From contig CALFWW010000001.1 of NCBI GenBank assembly GCA_937928575.1, positions 2,281-66,280 on the forward strand: 64,000 nt of DNA. Reading direction: 5' to 3'. The translations under genes and the position numbers were made by a program. The notes below the pieces were generated by a model. The model saw only the letters and a list, made by a program, of their open reading frames with translations. It made no database searches and was not told the origin of the DNA. This DNA comes from an uncultured Saprospiraceae bacterium. GTDB lineage: Bacteria > Bacteroidota > Bacteroidia > Chitinophagales > Saprospiraceae. Positions 56,512 through 64,000 of the stretch are shown here, in pieces; the first letter of the stretch is position 1, and each line of letters opens with the position of its first letter.

Positions 56512-57075
56512 TTAATCGAGTTCTAGCGCGTTGGCTTGTAGCAACTTGAAAAAACAAAGTGCCGTTGCTTTTACATCTTCTTTGGCGTTGCCAGCATTTT
56601 CATATTTGGACTTAAAAATCACTCGGAATAGTTCTGCTTGCGAAGGCCATTTGTATCGACCATATTTTCCTGGCAATTTGCAATAATGGGTACTTTCTAC
56701 CATTAGACTGTACCAATCGGATAAAGCTAGTTTGTTTGGCATGTTAGCTCGATGCATTTCAGCACCAACTACTTTTCCATCTAATCCAAAATTATGGACA
56801 ATGACATGCTTGGCCTGATCGATGGCTTCTGCAAATTTTTGCATGACTTCTTTTACAGGCACTCCATTTTCCATAGCCGTTTTTTGTTCTTCCTCATCTT
56901 CAAGTACAAATCCGTTTGGTTTGATAACAACGTGTTCATCAATGGTTAATTCCCCTTTTTCATTGTACATTAGATAAGCGAACTTGACCAATCGAGGCCA
57001 GTTAAATACATTGTCCGCTTCTGCTTTCCAGTCTTTTGGTTTTCCTGCTACATCGCAGTCGAAGAATAGATACAT
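56512..57075 (-). CDS. DnaQ-like (DEDD) exonuclease-fold protein with substituted catalytic residues
   Basis: 187 aa. The layout matches small Bacteroidota DnaQ-like exonucleases (NWPRLVKFAY, VHNFGLDGKVV, YKWPSQAELF, DVKATALCFFKL). However it has FFDCDVAG in place of DTETTG and AGNAKEDV in place of AHxAxxD. Confidence 0.55.
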   Translation of the reverse strand: MYLFFDCDVAGKPKDWKAEADNVFNWPRLVKFAYLMYNEKGELTIDEHVVIKPNGFVLEDEEEQKTAMENGVPVKEVMQKFAEAIDQAKHVIVHNFGLDGKVVGAEMHRANMPNKLALSDWYSLMVESTHYCKLPGKYGRYKWPSQAELFRVIFKSKYENAGNAKEDVKATALCFFKLLQANALELD

Positions 57076-57291
57076 TTTAAAAAAGTTTTTCTCAATTAAT
57101 ATCGTTGCTTATAAGTTTTGTTTAAAAGGGTTGCTGCTTCTCCATTGGATTTTGATCCATTTGGATTTTTGATGTTTCACTTTCGAATGATGATTTACTT
57201 TTGATTTGCAACTTGCCATTAAAATCATCATCCTAACGAGAAGTGTCCAAAAGTCCAAAATTTCCCTCCTGCTTCCTAGCGTAAGCCATCC

Positions 57292-58203
57292 CTAAGACAA
57301 ATCTTCCACAATCAACTCTGCCAAATTAGAAAAAGTACTACTTGATCTTCTCGCTATTTTCAAAGGACTATCCGCATCTTTCGCATAATTAGCCCAAACA
57401 TGATAATTGTTGCCATGATCTTTTTTGCAATAAACGCCCAAAGGAATATGACAACCGCCCCCAATTAATTTCATCACTTTTCTTTCTACGTTGGTTGCTT
57501 GACTGACTTCTGCATGATGAAGATGCTTTAAAATTCTTCTTATTTCAACAGCGCTTTTACATGCTTGATAGGCCAATACTCCTTGAGCAGGTGCTGGAAC
57601 AAATTCGCGTGGATCCAATTGCACCACTTCAAATTCGGAAAGGTCTAATTCCAAACGGCTTACACCTGCAGCGGCTAAAACGATTGCATCAAATCCATCT
57701 TCTTTCAATTTTCGAATTCTGGTAGGCACATTGCCTCTAATATCTTTGAGGGTTAGATCGTTTCTAAAATGAGAGAGTTGTGCTTTTCTTCTCGCCGAAC
57801 TCGTTCCTACGATTGCATTTTCGGGTAACTTTAAGGTACCGTTTTCATCCACCTTATCTTTATTGATCAACAACCAATCGGCAGGATTTGCACGATTTGA
57901 AACTGCGGATATGACGAGTCCTTCTGGTGATTCTGTTGGTAAGTCTTTCATAGAATGGACGGCAAAATCAATGTCTCCTCTCAATAATGCATCTTCTAAT
58001 TCTTTGGTAAAAAATCCTTTTCCTTCAATTTTATCAAAACTTAAATTTTGGATTTTGTCACCTTTCGTTTTGATGATTTGCAAATTGGCTTCAATCCCGA
58101 TTTTTTCCAATTCAGCTTTTGCAAAATTGGCCTGCCAAAGTGCTAATCTGCTACCTCGGGTCCCTATGGTAAGGGTTTTTGTAATGGTGTTTTTTTCTGA
58201 CAA
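57292..58203 (-). CDS. hemC: Hydroxymethylbilane synthase (porphobilinogen deaminase)
   Basis: 303 aa with IGTRGSRLALWQA, IRGNVPTRIRKL and a C-terminal GGCHIPLG containing the cofactor Cys. Confidence 0.95.
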   Translation of the reverse strand: MSEKNTITKTLTIGTRGSRLALWQANFAKAELEKIGIEANLQIIKTKGDKIQNLSFDKIEGKGFFTKELEDALLRGDIDFAVHSMKDLPTESPEGLVISAVSNRANPADWLLINKDKVDENGTLKLPENAIVGTSSARRKAQLSHFRNDLTLKDIRGNVPTRIRKLKEDGFDAIVLAAAGVSRLELDLSEFEVVQLDPREFVPAPAQGVLAYQACKSAVEIRRILKHLHHAEVSQATNVERKVMKLIGGGCHIPLGVYCKKDHGNNYHVWANYAKDADSPLKIARRSSSTFSNLAELIVEDLS

Positions 58204-58531
58204 ATTAACTTTTGGTCAAAGATAATTACGGGTCTGTCTATTTTCGTCAGAATTTGACAAAAATTTCTAAATGTTTGTGCTACAATTCTAAAGAAATTAA
58301 GAAACCAGCCAATAAATGATTGCTTTTAATGAATATCGGTGCAACAAACCTCCTTTTAAATTGCACCATAATAAATGAATGATTGACGCAGATGAACTTT
58401 TTTGTATAATAATTTGTTCTCAGACATCATTTTGACATACTGAAACGATATATATAGTAGTTAACTATTAGTACCTCGATAGTCAGCCCAAACCGAAATT
58501 GAAAAACAGCCGTAATAAGTACTTTTGCCCT

Positions 58532-59593
58532 ATGATAATAACAGCCAAAGAACTCAGTAAGATTTTATATGGAAGTGTGGAAGGAGATCCAAATGTAATA
58601 GTGGATCGGCCGAGTAAAATTGAAGAAGGAGGAAAAGGGACCATATCATTTCTAGCCAATCCAAAATACGAATCATACGCTTATACAACTACTGCTTCCA
58701 TCATCTTGGTAAGCAAGGATTTCAAACCTGCCAAACCAATCAGTGCGACTTTGATTAGAGTGGAGGATGTTTATTCTTGCGTAGCTTTATTGTTGGATAA
58801 ATTTGGCAATAAGGTAGAAGTAAGTCAGGAAGGAATTTCTGACCAAGCTTTCGTTCATCCTGATGCTCAGATCGGCAATAATGTCTCTATAGGTTTATTC
58901 TCAATTATCGAAAATGGAGCGTCTGTTGGAAGCAATTGTACCATCTATCCGCAAGTATATATTGGTAGAAATGTCACAATGGGAAAAAATGTAACGCTTC
59001 ATCCAGGTGTAAAAATATATCATGATTGTGTCATTGGAGACAACTGTATTTTACATTCCAATGTAGTAATCGGAAGTGATGGATTTGGTTTTGCACCTAC
59101 AGAAGATGGAAGTTTTAAAAAAATCCCACAACTAGGAAATGTTGTTTTGGAAAAAGAAGTGGAAGTCGGTGCAAATACTGTTATTGATAGAGCTACAATT
59201 GGAACAACCATTATCAAAGAAGGAGTGAAGTTGGATAACTTGATCCAAATCGCACATAATGTTGAAGTCGGTCAAAATACCGTAATCGCTGCCCAGACTG
59301 GAATTGCAGGAAGCACAAAAGTGGGAGAGAATTGTATGATTGGTGGACAAGTCGGTATTGTAGGTCACATTACGGTTGCTAATGGCACCAAAGTCCAGGC
59401 ACAAAGTGGAATCGCTTCAAAAGTAAAAACAGAAAATACTTCTTTATTCGGATCACCAGCAATCCCATATTCCAATTATTTGAGATCGTATACGGGTTTC
59501 AAACAACTTCCGGATTTGATCAAAAAAATAAATGACCTCGAAAAACAAGTTAAATCCCTCTCAGAAAGCTCTGATCTGAATAAAACCGACTGA
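58532..59593 (+). CDS. lpxD: UDP-3-O-acylglucosamine N-acyltransferase
   Basis: About 353 aa with an LpxD N-terminal domain (SFLANPKY), left-handed beta-helix hexapeptide repeats and a C-terminal helix. The ATG at 58532 is preferred over the TTG at 58499. Confidence 0.9.
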   Translation: MIITAKELSKILYGSVEGDPNVIVDRPSKIEEGGKGTISFLANPKYESYAYTTTASIILVSKDFKPAKPISATLIRVEDVYSCVALLLDKFGNKVEVSQEGISDQAFVHPDAQIGNNVSIGLFSIIENGASVGSNCTIYPQVYIGRNVTMGKNVTLHPGVKIYHDCVIGDNCILHSNVVIGSDGFGFAPTEDGSFKKIPQLGNVVLEKEVEVGANTVIDRATIGTTIIKEGVKLDNLIQIAHNVEVGQNTVIAAQTGIAGSTKVGENCMIGGQVGIVGHITVANGTKVQAQSGIASKVKTENTSLFGSPAIPYSNYLRSYTGFKQLPDLIKKINDLEKQVKSLSESSDLNKTD

Positions 59594-59682
59594 TATTCCT
59601 GCTTGATGCTTTCCTAAAATGTGTATCTTTGGACGAATTAATACCAACACTAAATGGTATACCGAAAGCACAAACCGATCGG

Positions 59683-61077
59683 ATGAAACAACATACTATT
59701 AAAAAGAAAGTCTCCGTAAAAGGAATAGGTCTACACACAGGGAAGAAGGTTAAGATGACTTTCAAACCTGCTCCCACTAATCACGGATTTAAGTTCCAAA
59801 GAATTGATCTAAAAGAATCACCTATTATTAGCGCAGATGTTAATAAAGTTGTTTCCACTAATCGAGGTACCACTATCAAAAATGGGGAAGCACAAGTCAG
59901 CACGGTAGAGCATACTTTGTCTGCTTTGGTTGGATTGGCAATTGACAATGTGTTGATTGAAATCGATGGACCTGAAGCACCGATCATGGACGGTTCCGCT
60001 ATCCAAATTCTAGAAAAATTGGAATCTGCAGGAATCGAAGAACAGGATGCTGAAAGAGAATATTATGAAGTGGAAGAACCCATTACCTATAAAGACGAGG
60101 TGACTGGAACTGAGTTGACGGCTTATCCAGCAGATCATTACGAAGTAACAACGATGATTGATTTTAATTCTCCGGTTTTAGGTCACCAGTATGCATCCTT
60201 GGAAAATATTGCAGATTATAAAAAAGATATTGCGCCATGTAGAACTTTTGTTTTTTTACACGAGCTGGAGCAGCTGCTCAACATGAATCTGATCAAAGGA
60301 GGAGATTTGGATAATGCGATTGTGATTGTAGACCGCAAAATGAGTCAATCCGATTTGGATGAATTGGCTAAAAAGTTAGAGAAGCCATCTATTAAAGTGG
60401 AAGATACAGGTATTTTAAATACGATTAAACTTCGTTTTGAAAATGAACCTGCTCGACATAAGTTGTTGGATGTTGTTGGTGATTTAGCACTCATTGGAAA
60501 ACCAATCAAGGGAAAAATTGTCGCTAAAAAACCAGGGCACACTTCTAACATTGAATTTGCAAGAATACTCAGAAAGTTATATCAAGAACAAAGAAAACTT
60601 AAAGGAAAACCGAAGTATGATCCAACGGTACCGCCAATTAAAAACGTTGTAGAGTTAGCGAAGATGTTACCGCATCGGTACCCATTTTTACTTGTTGACA
60701 AAATTATTGAATTGAAAGAAAGCCATGTAGTTGGTGTTAAAAATGTTACTTTCAACGAAGAGTTTTTTCAAGGTCACTTTCCAAATAATCCAGTAATGCC
60801 AGGTGTCCTACAAATTGAAGCAATGGCACAAACGGGTGGAATTTTAGCACTTACTCAGGTGGAAGATCCTGAAAATTGGGATACTTATTTTATCAGAATT
60901 GACAATGCTAAATTTAAGCACAAAGTAATTCCTGGTGATACAATGATCATCAAAATGGAATTGCTGACACCAATTAGAAGAGGTATTTGTCATATGCAAG
61001 GAACTGCATACGTTGGCAACAAAATCGTTTCTGAAGCAGAACTAATAGCTCAAATATTTAACAGAACCAAGCAATGA
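59683..61077 (+). CDS. lpxC/fabZ: Bifunctional UDP-3-O-acyl-GlcNAc deacetylase / 3-hydroxyacyl-ACP dehydratase
   Basis: LpxC N-terminus (GIGLHTGKKV..., HTLSAL). FabZ C-terminus (LPHRYPFLLVDKI, FFQGHFPNNPVMPGVLQIEAMAQ). This fusion is typical of Bacteroidota. The ATG at 59683 is preferred. Confidence 0.95.
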   Translation: MKQHTIKKKVSVKGIGLHTGKKVKMTFKPAPTNHGFKFQRIDLKESPIISADVNKVVSTNRGTTIKNGEAQVSTVEHTLSALVGLAIDNVLIEIDGPEAPIMDGSAIQILEKLESAGIEEQDAEREYYEVEEPITYKDEVTGTELTAYPADHYEVTTMIDFNSPVLGHQYASLENIADYKKDIAPCRTFVFLHELEQLLNMNLIKGGDLDNAIVIVDRKMSQSDLDELAKKLEKPSIKVEDTGILNTIKLRFENEPARHKLLDVVGDLALIGKPIKGKIVAKKPGHTSNIEFARILRKLYQEQRKLKGKPKYDPTVPPIKNVVELAKMLPHRYPFLLVDKIIELKESHVVGVKNVTFNEEFFQGHFPNNPVMPGVLQIEAMAQTGGILALTQVEDPENWDTYFIRIDNAKFKHKVIPGDTMIIKMELLTPIRRGICHMQGTAYVGNKIVSEAELIAQIFNRTKQ

Positions 61078-61895
61078 TAATCAATAACACTTCTTTTCAA
61101 AATATTCATCCCAACGCAAAAATTGGTAACAATGTAAAAATCGGTTCCTTCGTGACGATCGAAGAAGATGTAGTCATTGGTGACAATTGTGAAATTCATC
61201 CCAATGTGGTTATTCAAAATGGAGTGCGGATGGGAATTGGTTGTAATGTTTTTCCAGGTGCCATTGTTGGTTCTATTCCTCAAGACCTGAAATATAATGG
61301 AGAGTACACATTGTTGGAAATTGGAAATAATGTAACGATTAGAGAATACTGTACGATCAATAAAGGGACGAAAGCAAATTTTACGACTAAGATTGGTGAC
61401 AATACTTTAATCATGGCTTATGTACACGTAGCACATGATTGTGTGATTGGCAACAATTGTATTTTAGCAAATTGTGTCAACTTAGCAGGGCATATAGAAA
61501 TAGGAGATAAAGCTATTTTGGGAGGTCTTTCTGCAGTTCATCAATTTGTAAGAATTGGAGATAATGTGATGGTCGGTGGTGGCTCACTCGTCCGAAAAGA
61601 TGTCCCTCCGTATATCAAAGCAGCAAGAGAACCTTTAAGTTATGCGGGTGTCAATACGACCGGTCTGAAACGTAGAGGTTTCGATGCAGACACCATTCAT
61701 ACAATTCAGGATATTTATCGAATTCTTTATATTCGCGGCTACAATACGTCTCAAGCAATTGAGAAAATAAAAGATTCAATCCAGGAAATTCCTGAAAAAA
61801 ATAACATCCTCAATTTTATTGAAAAAGCAGACAGAGGTATCATCAAAGGATTCCGCCAACTTAATGCTCGCTCCAGTGGAAATAAAACTGCATAA
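61074..61895 (+). CDS. lpxA: Acyl-ACP--UDP-N-acetylglucosamine O-acyltransferase
   Basis: 273 aa with hexapeptide repeats and MAYVHVAHDCVIGN. It overlaps lpxC/fabZ by 4 nt. Confidence 0.95.
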   Translation: MIINNTSFQNIHPNAKIGNNVKIGSFVTIEEDVVIGDNCEIHPNVVIQNGVRMGIGCNVFPGAIVGSIPQDLKYNGEYTLLEIGNNVTIREYCTINKGTKANFTTKIGDNTLIMAYVHVAHDCVIGNNCILANCVNLAGHIEIGDKAILGGLSAVHQFVRIGDNVMVGGGSLVRKDVPPYIKAAREPLSYAGVNTTGLKRRGFDADTIHTIQDIYRILYIRGYNTSQAIEKIKDSIQEIPEKNNILNFIEKADRGIIKGFRQLNARSSGNKTA

Positions 61896-62493
61896 GGTTT
61901 CCAAGAAGTATCGCTTCGAATGGATCTTAAAAAATATCTCCACCACCTTCTCTGCTGGAAACCAATACGCCATACTCGGTCCTAATGGATCTGGCAAATC
62001 TACTTTCCTTAAAATGCTATCTGGTCATCTTTCTCCTTCCAAAGGTGAAATAGCCTATTCGATCAATGAAAATAAGTTAGAATTAGATCAAGTCTACAAA
62101 GAGGTCAGTATTGCTGCGCCGTACGTGGAGTTGATTGAAGAATTCACTTTAATAGAAGCATTGTCCTTCCATCAAAAATTTAAACCATTCATCAATAATG
62201 CTTCAGTCGATGAGATGATTACTTTACTGGATTTGGGAAAGTCGAAAAACAAGGAAATCAAATACTTCTCTTCAGGGATGAAGCAACGCGTAAAGTTAGT
62301 GTTAGCAATTTGCTCTCAGTCCAGCCTTTTACTGCTCGATGAACCGACTACGAACTTGGATCAAAAAGGGATTGATTGGTATTTAGCGTTGATTCAAGCA
62401 AATTTAAAAAATCGAATTACAGTTGTTGCTTCTAATGCTAAAGTGGATTATGGGTTTTGTGAAGTACAGATGGACATTATGGATTTTAAGTAA
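61864..62493 (+). CDS. ABC transporter ATP-binding protein (stand-alone ATPase)
   Basis: Walker A GPNGSGKST, signature FSSGMKQR and Walker B LLLLDEP. The start is uncertain (ATG at 61864, or earlier overlapping lpxA). Confidence 0.85.
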   Translation: MLAPVEIKLHKVSKKYRFEWILKNISTTFSAGNQYAILGPNGSGKSTFLKMLSGHLSPSKGEIAYSINENKLELDQVYKEVSIAAPYVELIEEFTLIEALSFHQKFKPFINNASVDEMITLLDLGKSKNKEIKYFSSGMKQRVKLVLAICSQSSLLLLDEPTTNLDQKGIDWYLALIQANLKNRITVVASNAKVDYGFCEVQMDIMDFK

Positions 62494-62662
62494 GGTTTTT
62501 TGAGACTTTTTTTTGTTACTAAGGCACTGATGCAATGTTATTTGAAAGCTTTTCTCTAATCAATAACGTTTAAGTATACCTCCCATATATATATTGTTAA
62601 AATAAATATTATTTTTACTTAACAACTATCTCATCCCACAACAAATTAAAGTTCGAATAAAC

Positions 62663-63799
62663 ATGGAAGCGAAAATCCGGGAAATAGCAGCTGCTAAAGC
62701 TGAGGAATTCAAAAAAAGGAAAAGAGCGATCTCAGTAAAATCACTTTTGAAAAAATTTGGTTATCAACGAAGAACGGATGAAGCAACTCAAATGATAACA
62801 AAAGTTCTTCAAGAATATAATATTTACTTGTCTCCCCCAATCGTAAAGATGGGTAATCAGTTTAATGCAGAAAGAGATGAAAAAATAACTTTTATCGTTG
62901 GTAAGAAAATGGGGCCAGGCGTTGTTCGACAAACTAATTACGTAACTAAGAGAAAAGATAGCAAACCAACTGTGAGGACAGTTCTTGTTGAGAAGCCTAA
63001 AGTTGAAAAAGCAAAAGTTGAGAAACCGAAAGATTCTTTAGTTTCCAGACTGATTCAAAAATCACCAACAAATCGTGTTACCCGAATTATTAGAATAGGA
63101 GCAGATGGTGTAAGAAGAAGTGTATCTGAACCAACAAAACATTTACAGCGCACATCTAAGGTGGCGAAACCTTTGAAAAGAAAAGCAACAAAAGTTACTT
63201 CTCAAAAAAAATCCGTTAAAAATCCGCCTACGAAAAAGCCTGTTGTTAAGAAACAAACAGTAGCTAAGACTACATCCAAACCCAAAGCGCGAATTACAAA
63301 ACGAGTTACCAAACAATATCCTTGGATTACTAAAATATTAAAAGCAGAACTGAGAAATGAACGTGAAGTTGAATCTAGATTTATTATACCAATTTTAGAA
63401 AACTTAGGATACACCCAACGTGATCGTTATGAAGAAATGCCAATTATTATCCAAGTAGGGTCCAAGAGAAATAGGGTAAAGGCAGATTTTGTCTTGTATG
63501 CAAAAAATGAAAGAAAACTGAAAGACGTTGAATTACTAGTCGTCGAAGGAAAAAATCCAACAAAGCGTAGCCTTTCGGAAGCAGTAGAGCAAGTTCGTAG
63601 TTATTCGCAAGCCTTATACTGCCATTTTGGAATGGTAACCAATGGTAATGAAATTAAAGTCCTTCAATTCTTTAATCATATTGGGAAGAAACCCAAAGTT
63701 GTTTTCAAATGCAATAGGGACGAGCTGAAAACGAATTTTTCAAAGTTGGAGAAATTGATTTCAAAAAAATCGCTGGTGAACTTTTATACAAAATTATAA
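62663..63799 (+). CDS. PD-(D/E)xK nuclease-fold protein (HsdR N-terminal-like domain) with N-terminal domain and long lysine-rich linker
   Basis: 378 aa. The C-terminal roughly 150 aa reads EREVESRFIIPILENLGY...VKADFVLY...LLVVEGKNP...QVRSYS...FGMVTNGNEIKV, which gives D...E-x-K. Residues about 95-215 are K/P/T-rich and include VEKPKVEKAKVEKPK. Confidence 0.6.
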   Translation: MEAKIREIAAAKAEEFKKRKRAISVKSLLKKFGYQRRTDEATQMITKVLQEYNIYLSPPIVKMGNQFNAERDEKITFIVGKKMGPGVVRQTNYVTKRKDSKPTVRTVLVEKPKVEKAKVEKPKDSLVSRLIQKSPTNRVTRIIRIGADGVRRSVSEPTKHLQRTSKVAKPLKRKATKVTSQKKSVKNPPTKKPVVKKQTVAKTTSKPKARITKRVTKQYPWITKILKAELRNEREVESRFIIPILENLGYTQRDRYEEMPIIIQVGSKRNRVKADFVLYAKNERKLKDVELLVVEGKNPTKRSLSEAVEQVRSYSQALYCHFGMVTNGNEIKVLQFFNHIGKKPKVVFKCNRDELKTNFSKLEKLISKKSLVNFYTKL

Positions 63800-63809
63800 G
63801 AAACTCGCC

Positions 63810-64000
63810 CTACACTGGATCCACATCCAAATTCACCCTCACACCACTCATTCCTTTTTCCTTATTCATCCGATGAATACATGACCAAATAAAATCTTTT
63901 ATTTTCGGAAGTTGTTTGTTATTTCTAGTTATCTTGATTTGGAAGTTGGTCAAGTATTGATTGCGAATACGGGGAATGCCTGGTATCGCAGGACCATCAA
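63810..64000 (-). CDS. priA: Primosomal protein N' (PriA), C-terminal fragment running off the window
   Basis: My hand translation of the minus strand gives ...DGPAIPGIPRIRNQYLTNFQIKITRNNKQLPKIKDFIWSCIHRMNKEKGMSGVRVNLDVDPV*. The R-x-R-x-Y..Q.L.K pattern and the terminal DVDP resemble PriA C-termini. It is not in the supplied ORF track because it is open-ended. Confidence 0.45.
   Translation of the reverse strand, partial: DGPAIPGIPRIRNQYLTNFQIKITRNNKQLPKIKDFIWSCIHRMNKEKGMSGVRVNLDVDPV

Overview
AT-rich chromosomal window that looks Bacteroidota-like. The evidence is a fused lpxC/fabZ inside an lpxD-lpxC/fabZ-lpxA cluster, three secreted proteins with T9SS-type C-terminal sorting domains, TAnnTTTG-like promoter boxes and no obvious Shine-Dalgarno sequences. 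I support about 51 CDS. Most are housekeeping: fumC, rpmF, ridA, trpS, metK, gcvP, hldD, dcd, fabI, recN, hemC/hemD, the lpx genes and a partial priA at the right edge. I saw no rRNA, tRNA, CRISPR array, transposase or integrase. All family calls come from motif recognition by eye; no search was run. The most unusual part is 11.6-18.2 kb. It holds a tightly packed operon with a radical SAM/SPASM maturase-type enzyme and two large exported paralogues that I cannot place in any family. Diverging from it are a His-rich lipoprotein gene, a CPBP intramembrane protease, a small ORF and an acyltransferase. Five copies of a palindrome-containing repeat that I saw nowhere else in the window punctuate this locus. 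Other notable items:
- an 899-aa protein with two complete D-Ala-D-Ala-ligase-like modules
- a wHTH / Coq4-like / di-iron / membrane operon
- a stand-alone UvrD-type helicase with a nuclease-like tail
- a DnaQ-like gene with substituted catalytic residues inside the hemC-hemD cluster
- a PD-(D/E)xK (HsdR_N-like) protein with a long lysine-rich linker
- a 1913-aa internally duplicated T9SS adhesin
- an unusually rich set of intergenic palindromic repeats, including arrays of triloop mini-hairpins around ridA
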